Position numbers and translations under genes: made by a program
Origin: a virus
Lineage: Duplodnaviria; Heunggongvirae; Uroviricota; Caudoviricetes
Direction: 5' to 3' (one strand)
DNA: 64,000 bases
Virus record (IMG/VR): IMGVR_UViG_3300016674_000066
Notes under the pieces: generated by a model
Databases searched by the model: none
Seen by the model: only the letters and a program-made list of their open reading frames with translations
Told to the model about the DNA's origin: nothing
Part shown: positions 45,175 through 53,577 of the stretch, one piece after another
How positions within the stretch are numbered: position 1 is the stretch's first letter
Layout: the number at the start of each line of letters is the position of its first letter

Positions 45175-45897
45175 ATGAAAGCAGTTGAGCGTCGCATCTA
45201 CATCAACACGCCGGAGTACCACCTTTACATGCGCGCCAGGCTCCCTGGTGGAAGTTGGAACAAGAATTCTTTCGAGTTTGATGGCCACCGCTGGGCCTAC
45301 CGCTACTCATCGTTCGACGATCAAGGCGAGTACCACTTGATCTATCGATGGGTCGATGAGCCGGAAGACGCAAAGCCTGAGTCGATCGAGAACACCGTGA
45401 CGGTGCGCTACGACCTGAGTGCTGTTGAGGTCGATGGCGCCATCCGCGACAAGCTCATCGAGATGGGTTGGAGCCCGCCAGGCGCAGAGGTCGTGTTTGG
45501 TGTTGACTGGGGCGTCCATGGGGACAGGTCGTGCGCCTCCGTTGTCAAGAAGATGCCCGGCGGTGCAATCCATGTCCTGGCTACAGAGTTCGCTCCAGAC
45601 CCTATCCCAAGGACCGACGATTCCAGCGAAAACGCACCCTGGCTAACAGAGGCTCACGCCCTCTGCACAGATGCCGGTATCGAGCAGGGCGACATCACAT
45701 CGAGAATCAGGGCGCTTCGTGAGGTAATCACCGATGCGTTCTCATGGAAAAGCTTGACGCCGGACGAAATCGAGAAGGGTCGTCAGCTGACATTCAGTAC
45801 CGACAATCCGTTCTGCCCTTGCGACAGCAAGACCATGTTGAAAGCCGTGCAGTGGGCAGACCGCGAGCTGAGAAAGAAGAATGGAGTTTTGAAATGA
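45175..45897 (+). CDS. Hypothetical protein (240 aa)
   Basis: ORF track. Confidence 0.5.
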   Translation: MKAVERRIYINTPEYHLYMRARLPGGSWNKNSFEFDGHRWAYRYSSFDDQGEYHLIYRWVDEPEDAKPESIENTVTVRYDLSAVEVDGAIRDKLIEMGWSPPGAEVVFGVDWGVHGDRSCASVVKKMPGGAIHVLATEFAPDPIPRTDDSSENAPWLTEAHALCTDAGIEQGDITSRIRALREVITDAFSWKSLTPDEIEKGRQLTFSTDNPFCPCDSKTMLKAVQWADRELRKKNGVLK

Positions 45898-46529
45898 CGT
45901 TGAATGCATGGACTGGCGGGCTCGACCCAAGCTCGCCGCGAAAGGATCGGTCGACGGGCATCCCGCCCAAGCTCACGCCCGAGCAGATTGACGACATCGA
46001 CCAGGGCATGTGCGGTGAGCGCGAATGCGTGCAACCTTTCGCGCAAGGCGTCGCAGACGCTCGCGACCAGCAATGGCTCGACATGCTGTCAGCAGTGCCG
46101 GGGACTGAGAAGATCATGGACATGCTCGACAACTTTGAATACGCCGTTCTTGGTGTGATGCAAGGCCGACGCAGTCCTGATGAGCCAGCGCAAATGAAGG
46201 CCGACATCCGCGCCGCCATCGAGCAGGCGCTGGAGTCCGAGGGCGTAGCCGCACACCTCAACGGCTACAGGGAAGCGGAGCGGGCGCTGGCGGCCTGCCG
46301 AGATGTGTTCGCACCGCCAGAGCCAGGCACGGAGGCCGAGCGCCAGTGGGCTCAGGCCATGGTCGACCCGGAATCTGTGCCTGCCTACATCAAGCACCGC
46401 AAGGAGGTTTTCGAGTCCGTGCTGCGCCAGGCGCTGGCGGCGCTGGAACAGGTTGCGGCATGGGAAGAGGGAGGCAGACGCATGGCGCAAGAAGCCATCG
46501 CCGCCATCCGCAAGTGCGTGGGAAAATAA
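45894..46529 (+). CDS. Hypothetical protein (about 211 aa)
   Basis: Internal ATG with an ATGA-type overlap. Confidence 0.45.
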   Translation: MTLNAWTGGLDPSSPRKDRSTGIPPKLTPEQIDDIDQGMCGERECVQPFAQGVADARDQQWLDMLSAVPGTEKIMDMLDNFEYAVLGVMQGRRSPDEPAQMKADIRAAIEQALESEGVAAHLNGYREAERALAACRDVFAPPEPGTEAERQWAQAMVDPESVPAYIKHRKEVFESVLRQALAALEQVAAWEEGGRRMAQEAIAAIRKCVGK

Positions 46530-46533
46530 CGGC

Positions 46534-46776
46534 ATGAACATCATCATCTACACCAAGAACGGCTGCCCCAACTGCGACAGCGCGAAGCAATTGTTGGCTG
46601 CAAAGAGCCTGCCCTACACAGCGCACAACGTCGAGACCATGGAGGGCCTGGCTGCATTCGTCCCAGCCCGGGAGAAGTATCCGGCCATTCGCCAGATGCC
46701 TGCCATCATCATCAACGACCAGTACGTCGGTGGCCTGGCTGGGCTGCAGGCGGCGCTGAAGCAGCTCAACCTCTGA
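46534..46776 (+). CDS. Glutaredoxin-like protein
   Basis: IIYTKNGCPNCDSAKQLL with a CxxC active site. Confidence 0.65.
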   Translation: MNIIIYTKNGCPNCDSAKQLLAAKSLPYTAHNVETMEGLAAFVPAREKYPAIRQMPAIIINDQYVGGLAGLQAALKQLNL

Positions 46777-46786
46777 GGCGGGCGGC

Positions 46787-47134
46787 ATGAGCGACTGGAG
46801 CCAGGAGCTGGCCAAGGCGAAGGCGGAGCGCCGCACTCCGGCGCCTGATCGCATGCCGCCCAACATGAAGCCTGCCGCCAAGAAGCGCAAGAAGCCAAAG
46901 GCCAGGTTCCACGTCATGTGGCGGTCCAACCTGGGTGGCATCCTGAAGGGCGGCATGGTCGTCGGCAGGTACAAGACGATGGAAGAGGCGCTGGCCTGCA
47001 TCGAGCGCAAGGTGCGCAGCGCATACGTCAGCGGCATGCACTACCCGTCCGGCACGCCCATCGACGATCGGGTGCTGCTGGATGAGCAGGCCAAGCGCCG
47101 AGCCAGGTACTGGGTCAAAGACACCGGGGAATAG
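46787..47134 (+). CDS. Hypothetical protein (115 aa)
   Basis: ORF track. Confidence 0.45.
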   Translation: MSDWSQELAKAKAERRTPAPDRMPPNMKPAAKKRKKPKARFHVMWRSNLGGILKGGMVVGRYKTMEEALACIERKVRSAYVSGMHYPSGTPIDDRVLLDEQAKRRARYWVKDTGE

Positions 47135-47149
47135 CCCTACTTTTTTGTC

Positions 47150-47217
47150 GGGATATCTTGCAACTTTTTGTTGTGCGGTCAATAATTTCATCACCGCAAC
47201 ACAAAACGGAGAGCAAG
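47150..47217 (+). promoter_or_regulatory. Cassette promoter/operator module, copy 5
   Basis: TTGCAACTTTTTGTTGTGCGGTCAATAATTTC..CACCGCAACACAAAacGGAG..ATG. Confidence 0.55.
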
Positions 47218-47592
47218 ATGGCAAACAAGGTATTCAATCAGTTTCACGCAGGTTCCGACGTTGTCGTCGTCGGCTCGAATTCCGAGCTGGCCGACATCGA
47301 CAACCCTCGCGGCGACATCTTCGGCTTCACCGCTTACGTTGTGGCCTTCAACGAGTATGGCGACACCCGTCTGTCGCCCAGCATCGGCACCTTCCCCTCT
47401 GATCGCGCTGCCGTCGAGGCCGCCGAGAAGCAAGCCGCCGCGCTGCAGTCCCGCTACGACAACCTGGGCAAGCTGCCGGTTGGCTTTGACCGCTGGGCCG
47501 AGGGTCGGGCGATTTACGGCTCTGAGGCCTACGTCGAGTACGGCGCGGATGACGACCTGGCTTGGGAGCGTTCGCAAGAAGAGGTTTTCTAA
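47218..47592 (+). CDS. Hypothetical protein (124 aa)
   Basis: ORF track. Confidence 0.5.
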   Translation: MANKVFNQFHAGSDVVVVGSNSELADIDNPRGDIFGFTAYVVAFNEYGDTRLSPSIGTFPSDRAAVEAAEKQAAALQSRYDNLGKLPVGFDRWAEGRAIYGSEAYVEYGADDDLAWERSQEEVF

Positions 47593-47653
47593 GTCCCCAT
47601 CGCACAGCCTTCGGGCTGTCCAATGGCGATTTGCCAGAACACAGGAGATCGAA

Positions 47654-48091
47654 ATGTCCAAGACCCGCACCATCACCGCCACGTACGATGGCGTGACCTT
47701 CAAGCGCAAGACGCACCGCAACTACAGCCACGTCATCATCGGCCGCCTGGATGTCGAGAAGCTGGTTCGCTGCGAGCGCGAATTCGCCGAGAAAAACTTG
47801 CGCAGCAACTGGGGCTTCTACACCGAGGTCGCGAACGGCACTCACCGCAACATCGAAACCATGTCTCAAGCCCAGCTGGACGAAGCCAACCATGTGGCGT
47901 CGCTGGGCATCGATGGTGCAGCCAAGTATCGCGGCGACCAGGCCGAGACGCGAGCCCGCAATCGGGCTGCCAAGGGCTGGGAGCCGCTGGCCTGGGCTGG
48001 CCGCCCGGACCTGGCAGCCAAGCAGGTGGATGAATGGAAGAAGTCAATCCACTGCTTCGGCCAGGTTCTCGCCATACACGTCGACGCCTGA
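47654..48091 (+). CDS. Hypothetical protein (145 aa)
   Basis: Internal ATG with RBS ACAGGAGATCGAA. Confidence 0.45.
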   Translation: MSKTRTITATYDGVTFKRKTHRNYSHVIIGRLDVEKLVRCEREFAEKNLRSNWGFYTEVANGTHRNIETMSQAQLDEANHVASLGIDGAAKYRGDQAETRARNRAAKGWEPLAWAGRPDLAAKQVDEWKKSIHCFGQVLAIHVDA

Positions 48092-48157
48092 GCCCTCATC
48101 GAGTAGCCCTGCTGGCCAGGGCCTCTCAATGCGGATTCGCAGATCAAGGAGTTCATC

Positions 48158-48457
48158 ATGGCCACATGGCATCAGAGTCAAAACCAGGCGGCGATCAAGG
48201 CGTTATGGACGCCGCACGCCACGAAGTGGAAGTGCATCAGCGACAAGCACGACCGGCCTGCATCCTGCATGACGTTCGACGATCGCAAGAGCGCCAAGGA
48301 GTACGCCGAGCGCACCGGTGACATCCTGATTGCGCCCCGCATCACCAAGCGCGGGTACTTCTTGGCATGGGTGGGGTCTGCTGATGAGGCGCGCCGCGAG
48401 CGCCGGCAGGTCTTCAGCATCAAGAGCCGCGAGCCGGAAGAGTGGGCATTTGCCTGA
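48158..48457 (+). CDS. Hypothetical protein (99 aa)
   Basis: ORF track. Confidence 0.45.
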   Translation: MATWHQSQNQAAIKALWTPHATKWKCISDKHDRPASCMTFDDRKSAKEYAERTGDILIAPRITKRGYFLAWVGSADEARRERRQVFSIKSREPEEWAFA

Positions 48458-48475
48458 CACAGCAAGGAGTTCAAC

Positions 48476-48718
48476 ATGCAACAACAAGTTCACGCAGGCC
48501 ACAAGGCCACGGGCCGCACCGGCGGCGCCCTGCAGCGCAAGATCATCGCGGCCGAGGTCAAGCTGCTGTCCGTTCCCCTGGCAGACCGTGACGAGGACTG
48601 GGCGGCCACCATCGGTGGTGTGCGCCACGCCAACGACCTGCTCTCCCAGGGGCGCCGCGCCAAGGCTGGAAAGGTTCTCGCAAACGCAATCAAGGCAGCA
48701 GAGGGGGCGAAGTCATGA
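48476..48718 (+). CDS. Hypothetical protein (80 aa)
   Basis: ORF track. Confidence 0.4.
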   Translation: MQQQVHAGHKATGRTGGALQRKIIAAEVKLLSVPLADRDEDWAATIGGVRHANDLLSQGRRAKAGKVLANAIKAAEGAKS

Positions 48719-49119
48719 TCGACCTCAGCAACATCAAGGTCGGCGACAAGCTGGCTCTGCGCGAAAAGAGCAGCGGATGGGGCTACTACTCCATCTCTCA
48801 CCGCATCCTCGTCGTTGATCGCATTACCGCCACCCAGGTTTTGTGCGTCAACGAACAAGGCGGCAGTGGTGAGTGGCGCTTCCGCAAGTCCGACGGCAAG
48901 GAGATTGGCGAGAACTACTCGCACGCAGAGCTTGCGACCGACGAGCTGCTTTCATCCGTCAATGAGCAGCGCAGCCGTCTTGCGCGACACCTTGCCGCCC
49001 GCCGGAAGCTCAACGACCTGGAAGGCAAGCACCTGCATCAGCTTGACCTGACCCTGGAGCAGACCGAGGCGCTGGCCAATGCCTGGCTGGAGGTCAAGGC
49101 TATGGGGGCAAAGCTGTGA
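48715..49119 (+). CDS. Hypothetical protein (134 aa)
   Basis: ATGA-type overlap. Confidence 0.45.
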   Translation: MIDLSNIKVGDKLALREKSSGWGYYSISHRILVVDRITATQVLCVNEQGGSGEWRFRKSDGKEIGENYSHAELATDELLSSVNEQRSRLARHLAARRKLNDLEGKHLHQLDLTLEQTEALANAWLEVKAMGAKL

Positions 49120-49230
49120 GGCGCACCAGCAGGCTGGCCCGCGTGTTCGCTGCCGTGGACCTGGAAAACCTCAAGCGCCAACAGGGTCGCCAGCTGGATG
49201 CCAGCGGCCGCCCGGCGCAACAAAAAGTGC

Positions 49231-49256
49231 TTGACACAACAGGCACTGTGTATAAT
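49231..49256 (+). promoter_or_regulatory. Putative late promoter (TTGACA...TATAAT, but with a spacer of only 14 nt)
   Basis: The hexamers are exact; the short spacer suggests the promoter is activator-dependent or that the hexamers are misidentified. Confidence 0.35.
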
Positions 49257-49601
49257 TCGCGCACGCCAGCGCATCGTTCGTGATCGCAGGTGAATTCAAA
49301 ATTGCCGGGCCTGGCGACCAGTGATGGTTGCGCTCGCCCAAAAGATTTCGGTTCGCCAAGACCGGTTGGTGTTGCAAGCACCGCCCGTCCATCCCAGCGA
49401 CGCAAAAGGCTGGGGCCATCACATCAGCGGCAGACAGCCCGGAGTGCGGTTACGGGGCATGAAAGTGCGGTAGCCGTTCTGCTGCTGGTGTGATGGTCAA
49501 GCACAGCGAGCCTCTCTGTCTCGCAATCAGGAGGTGTGCAGGGTTGGGGGCGCCCGGCCGCCATCATCTTATTGGGTTCAGTAGGCAAGCACCAGCCCTT
49601 T

Positions 49602-49633
49602 CCCGCATCGCCTACGGGTGCGGATATTTTGTT
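49602..49633 (+). terminator. Rho-independent terminator ending the 370-nt late leader
   Basis: CCGCATCG..GGGTGCGG hairpin followed by ATATTTTGTT. Confidence 0.5.
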
Positions 49634-49705
49634 CGGTAGCTCAGTTGGTAGAGCGTCGCACTGTTAATGCGATGGTCGCTGGTTCGAGGCCAGCCCGGAC
49701 AGCCA
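49630..49705 (+). tRNA. tRNA-Asn (anticodon GTT)
   Basis: Acceptor stem TGTTCGG/CCGGACA with one G·U; D-arm GCTCAGTTGGTAGAGC; anticodon loop CTGTTAA; T-arm GCTGG-TTCGAGG-CCAGC; CCA encoded. Confidence 0.75.
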
Positions 49706-49796
49706 GATCCCCTTGTGGGGCTTGTCCTGCGTAGCTGATCACTGCGCGGTCGAGGCGGCGACACCGTCCACTCGGGTGAGAAGCCCGTCCATATCA

Positions 49797-49823
49797 CAGC
49801 CACCTCCGGGTGGCTTTTTCGTT
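49797..49823 (+). terminator. Rho-independent terminator
   Basis: GCCACCTCCGGGTGGC followed by TTTTT. Confidence 0.65.
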
Positions 49824-49836
49824 TCTGGAGGCAAGC

Positions 49837-49977
49837 ATGCGCTACGAGGTTCGCTGGAACAACGGTTACCACAAGTTGTTCGACACGGTGGAGTACACCG
49901 ACGTCGGCCTGTTTTTCATCAGGACCGAGGCCGAGAAGGCCTGCCGTGAGGCCAACGCTGGCCGTGGGGCGCGCTGA
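49837..49977 (+). CDS. Small hypothetical protein (46 aa) lying upstream of the holin gene
   Basis: RBS GGAGGcaagcATG; manual translation MRYEVRWNNGYHKLFDTVEYTDVGLFFIRTEAEKACREANAGRGAR. Confidence 0.35.
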   Translation: MRYEVRWNNGYHKLFDTVEYTDVGLFFIRTEAEKACREANAGRGAR

Positions 49978-50201
49978 TGGAGCTGATCCACAACGCAAAG
50001 GTGGTCCTGCTCAAGGCATGGTCCGTCCGGCTGGCTCTGTTGTCGGCGTTCTTCTCTGGCGCTGAGGCGCTGAGCCTGGTGCTGCCCTACCTGGACGGCA
50101 TCTTCCCGGCGCGCACGCTCGCTGGCCTGGGTGCCCTGGCTGCCATCGGCGCCGTTGGTGCTCGCCTGGTGGCTCAGCCCAAGATGGATGAGGCCAAGTG
50201 A
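49977..50201 (+). CDS. Holin or pinholin (two TM segments)
   Basis: Two hydrophobic helices; gene position is immediately upstream of the SAR endolysin gene. Confidence 0.6.
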   Translation: MELIHNAKVVLLKAWSVRLALLSAFFSGAEALSLVLPYLDGIFPARTLAGLGALAAIGAVGARLVAQPKMDEAK

Positions 50202-50791
50202 AGGTGCGTCACCCCAAGGTGGCTGCCAGTGCGTTGTCACTGTCGGCCCTGGCATTCGTTGGCCTGATCACCCACGAAGGGTGGTTCGAGCGCGCGACGG
50301 TGCCGACCAAGGGGGATGTCCCGACGGTGGGCCCGGGTCTGACCCAGCGGCCAGACGGCACGCCGGTGCAGCTGGGCGACACCATCAAGCCGGTCGAAGG
50401 CATCCAGCGCAGCCATGCCCACATCGCCAAGGATGAAGCGGGCCTGAAGGCGTGCGTGACAGGCGAGCTCAGCCAGGTTGAGTACGACCTGCTGATGGAC
50501 TTCTCCTACCAGTACGGCGTGGGGGCTGCCTGCAGCTCGCCCATGGTGAAGTACATCAACGCTGGCAAGTACGTTGAGGCCTGCCAGGCGTATGCCCAGT
50601 ACCGGTTCATGACGGACACCGTGCCGCACCAGGGCTGGGAGGCGTACCGGTTCGACCCTCAGGGCAAGCCTATTCGCTGGCGTTACGACTGCTCAACCAT
50701 CTCGAGCTCCACCGGCAAGCCCAACAAGGTGTGCTGGGGTGTGTGGACGCGGCAGAAGACCCGCATCGACAAATGCATGGCGGCGCAATGA
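50198..50791 (+). CDS. SAR endolysin (GH24 phage lysozyme with an N-terminal signal-anchor-release domain)
   Basis: N-terminal hydrophobic segment VAASALSLSALAFVGLI followed by THEGWFERATVP...TVGPGLT, the lysozyme catalytic E..D..T motif. Confidence 0.8.
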   Translation: MKVRHPKVAASALSLSALAFVGLITHEGWFERATVPTKGDVPTVGPGLTQRPDGTPVQLGDTIKPVEGIQRSHAHIAKDEAGLKACVTGELSQVEYDLLMDFSYQYGVGAACSSPMVKYINAGKYVEACQAYAQYRFMTDTVPHQGWEAYRFDPQGKPIRWRYDCSTISSSTGKPNKVCWGVWTRQKTRIDKCMAAQ

Positions 50792-51327
50792 AGATCCTCG
50801 AGCTCGTTCCGCGCTGGGTGTTGGCAGCGCTGGTTGCCGTCATGGTCGTCATCGGCTTCGTGCAGACACTGACGATCTCCGACCTGCGAGTGAGCCTGGC
50901 TGACAACAAGGTCGTGTCCGAGGCGCTGAGAGCTGACATCGAGAAGCTGCAGGCCGATGCCGCCAAGCAGAGAGCCATTGACGAGGCCGCCGCGCGCAAG
51001 AGAGAGCGCGAGCTGGTGCAGTTCTACGACCAGCAGGAGAAAGCCAAGGATGAACAGATCGATCGCCTGCGCGCTGATGTGCGCAATCTTCGCAGTGGGC
51101 TGCAGCACCTCCCGGCCCGACCCTCAGCCACTGGCCAGGACGTCGGTGCAAGAGACCAGGCTGCCGCCGCTCAAGCGACTGCCCAGCAGTGTGACAAGCC
51201 CGTCCTTTACCGAGAGGATGGGAGCCTTCTTGTCGACGAAGCAGAGCGAGCAGAAACCATCCGGCTCGAGCTCCTCCGAGTCTACGAGCTCTACGACAAA
51301 GCCCGAGAAGTAACCGAGCAGCCGTGA
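50788..51327 (+). CDS. i-spanin (Rz-like)
   Basis: N-terminal TM segment, a coiled coil, and position after the endolysin gene. Confidence 0.65.
   Translation: MKILELVPRWVLAALVAVMVVIGFVQTLTISDLRVSLADNKVVSEALRADIEKLQADAAKQRAIDEAAARKRERELVQFYDQQEKAKDEQIDRLRADVRNLRSGLQHLPARPSATGQDVGARDQAAAAQATAQQCDKPVLYREDGSLLVDEAERAETIRLELLRVYELYDKAREVTEQP
51050..51313 (+). CDS. o-spanin (Rz1-like lipoprotein) embedded in the +1 frame of the i-spanin gene
   Basis: MNRSIACALMCAIFAVGCS lipobox followed by a Pro/Ser-rich sequence. Confidence 0.6.
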   Translation: MNRSIACALMCAIFAVGCSTSRPDPQPLARTSVQETRLPPLKRLPSSVTSPSFTERMGAFLSTKQSEQKPSGSSSSESTSSTTKPEK

Positions 51328-51689
51328 GCAACGAAGCACAAGGCGGATACCCAGGGAGGGAGCGACGCTCCAACGCCCTGTCTGAGGAGCGCGCCACTCA
51401 GATGATCAACGAGGCCGTGGCCCAGGCGATCGACACCCACGACCAGGACATGCGCCAGTTCATCAAGGCCGAGATGGCCGAGCTGAGCAAGCTGATCCGC
51501 TCCGCATTCCCTGATGGTGACCCCGATGGCCACCGCCGCGCACACGAGGAGGAGATCGCATCAGCCAAGCGCTGGACGGCGATCAAGGTCTCGGTGATGG
51601 AGAAGGTGGTCACCGGTGGCGTGTGGGGTCTGATCTCCTTCCTGGCCCTGGCCGCCTGGGAGCACTTCAAGCGCGGGGTCAACACATGA
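51324..51689 (+). CDS. Hypothetical protein with a C-terminal TM segment
   Basis: ORF track. Confidence 0.45.
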   Translation: MSNEAQGGYPGRERRSNALSEERATQMINEAVAQAIDTHDQDMRQFIKAEMAELSKLIRSAFPDGDPDGHRRAHEEEIASAKRWTAIKVSVMEKVVTGGVWGLISFLALAAWEHFKRGVNT

Positions 51690-52189
51690 GCAAAGAGGAG
51701 CGAATCAGGTTCCTGCTCGACCACAGGGCTGGCCGAGTGCTGGTCAAGGTGGCCCAGGTGTTCGCTCCCTTCATCGGCTTTGCTGTATCCCTGTTCTTCG
51801 CCTGGAACATAGAGACCAGGCTTTTCCCTGTCATCACTGGGTGGTCGATCAATCCCATCCAGATTGTGGACGGGCACTTCGTACTCTCGGGAACGATCCG
51901 CAAGGACCGGGCCTGTGACCTGGTGGCCACATCAGTGGTTGCCGTACCAAAGACCAAGGATCTTCCCAGGCAGCTGATCTTCCAGATCAAGCCCGGGGAC
52001 ATCCTTGGCGGGAACGTACCAACCGGCCTCTCAACCTGGGGCCCATGGGTGGTGAAAGTTCCGAAGCAGCTGGCAGAAGGCCGGGACGCAATCGCGTACC
52101 TCGAGGTCGTCGGTCAGCACAACTGTCACGCCCTGTGGCACCAGGAAACGGTGTACGGCAGGATTCCCATGGACCAAGTCCCATCATGA
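51686..52189 (+). CDS. Hypothetical membrane protein (167 aa)
   Basis: Internal ATG with an ATGA-type overlap. Confidence 0.45.
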   Translation: MSKEERIRFLLDHRAGRVLVKVAQVFAPFIGFAVSLFFAWNIETRLFPVITGWSINPIQIVDGHFVLSGTIRKDRACDLVATSVVAVPKTKDLPRQLIFQIKPGDILGGNVPTGLSTWGPWVVKVPKQLAEGRDAIAYLEVVGQHNCHALWHQETVYGRIPMDQVPS

Positions 52190-52407
52190 TTGATCTCAAG
52201 CCGCACGAAGAGCGCGTCGTTCAAGAGAAGGCCGACCTCGACGAGAAGCTGTACAAGCTGCGCACCTTCATGGCTGACGAACAGAAGTTCGCCGCCATCG
52301 CTCGCGAGGACCAGTGGCTACTGCGCATGCAGCTCGATGTCATGGAGTCCTACAGCCGCGTGCTGAGCCTGCGCATCGCCCGCTTCACCATGGCCAAGAG
52401 CCTGTGA
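52186..52407 (+). CDS. Hypothetical protein (73 aa)
   Basis: ATGA-type overlap. Confidence 0.4.
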   Translation: MIDLKPHEERVVQEKADLDEKLYKLRTFMADEQKFAAIAREDQWLLRMQLDVMESYSRVLSLRIARFTMAKSL

Positions 52408-52419
52408 GGGAGGGCTGGG

Positions 52420-52827
52420 ATGACTGACGCCAAGACACCGGTATGGCCTGAGCGCCCAACCTGCCACGACAACGACTACCGAGCCCAGGCCCCGTTCTCG
52501 TACGGAAAGCCTGAGTGGCACACAGCCGCATCGCGAGGCTTTCGCTCCTGCAGCTTCTGTGGGTGCATTCACCCGGAAGACCTGATCCAGGCTGTGAAGG
52601 ATGGCTCCAAGCTGGAGATGGCTGACTGGAAGTACGGATGGCCGCACAAGCTGTACGTGTCCGGCGGCAAGGTGGGTCACGCCAAGTTCTACACCGAGCA
52701 CCTGCTCGAGATGTCTCCTGAAGCTCAGGACACCCTGCTGCCAGTACTGAGCAACGACACCGGCATTGTGTTCTTCAGGGATGAGCGTGGCATCGGATAC
52801 AAGGGTGCGCGACCCTTCGCTGTGTGA
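52420..52827 (+). CDS. Hypothetical protein (135 aa)
   Basis: ORF track. Confidence 0.45.
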   Translation: MTDAKTPVWPERPTCHDNDYRAQAPFSYGKPEWHTAASRGFRSCSFCGCIHPEDLIQAVKDGSKLEMADWKYGWPHKLYVSGGKVGHAKFYTEHLLEMSPEAQDTLLPVLSNDTGIVFFRDERGIGYKGARPFAV

Positions 52828-52968
52828 GGCGGACACTCATGAAGCCAAGGATCAAATGGATCGCAGATCTGGGCTGCTGGGTGTGTTTGCTGATAAGCAG
52901 GTTCGCGGTGAGTGGTACAGGCTCGACGAATCGGACCTCGGCTTTATGGCGTCTCGGGCGCGATTGGT

Positions 52969-53577
52969 ATGACAGAGAAGAAGTTTGTTGACTGGGAGCT
53001 GATCGAGCGCGACTACCGCGCCGGCATCAAGACTCTGCGTCAGATCGCTGATGAGCACGGCGTCTCTCACACCGCGATCCAGAAGAGGGCTAAGAAGGAC
53101 GAGTGGAGCCGCGACCTCACAGAAAGAGTTCAGCAGAAAGCAAAAGAGCTGGTTGCCAAGAAAGAGGTTTCCAAAGAGGTTGCCAAGGAACAGAAACAGA
53201 GCGACCTGGAAACCGTCCGTGTTTACGGCGAGGTTGTAGCCAACATCGACCTGAGTCAGCGCGAGGATGTGAAGCTGGCCATGGCCAACGCTCGCGGCAT
53301 GCTGGTTGAGCTGGTGCAGCTGAGCAACCCGGAGTTCCAGAGCGTGCTCGAGTGGATGGCTGGCGAGTTCGATGAGTCGAACCCGACCTTCAAGGACAAG
53401 GCCAACGAGCTGTACCGCTACATCATCGGGTTGGCTGGCCGCGTGAAGATGGCCAAGGAGCTGGCCGCAGTGCATGGCGTGTACGTGCCGCTGCAGCGCA
53501 AGATCTACAAGCTGGACGACGAGGGCAGCAACAAGACCTCGATCGATGAGCTGCTGGAATCCATCAACGCAGGATGA
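52969..53577 (+). CDS. Terminase small subunit
   Basis: N-terminal HTH IKTLRQIADEHGVSHTAIQKRAKK; lies immediately upstream of TerL with an ATGA-type overlap. Confidence 0.65.
   Translation: MTEKKFVDWELIERDYRAGIKTLRQIADEHGVSHTAIQKRAKKDEWSRDLTERVQQKAKELVAKKEVSKEVAKEQKQSDLETVRVYGEVVANIDLSQREDVKLAMANARGMLVELVQLSNPEFQSVLEWMAGEFDESNPTFKDKANELYRYIIGLAGRVKMAKELAAVHGVYVPLQRKIYKLDDEGSNKTSIDELLESINAG

Noticed and set aside
49231-49256. The sequence considered as a canonical constitutive sigma70 promoter
   Set aside because: The spacer between the perfect hexamers is 14 nt, too short for a standard sigma70 promoter. It is kept as a putative activator-dependent late promoter at low confidence.
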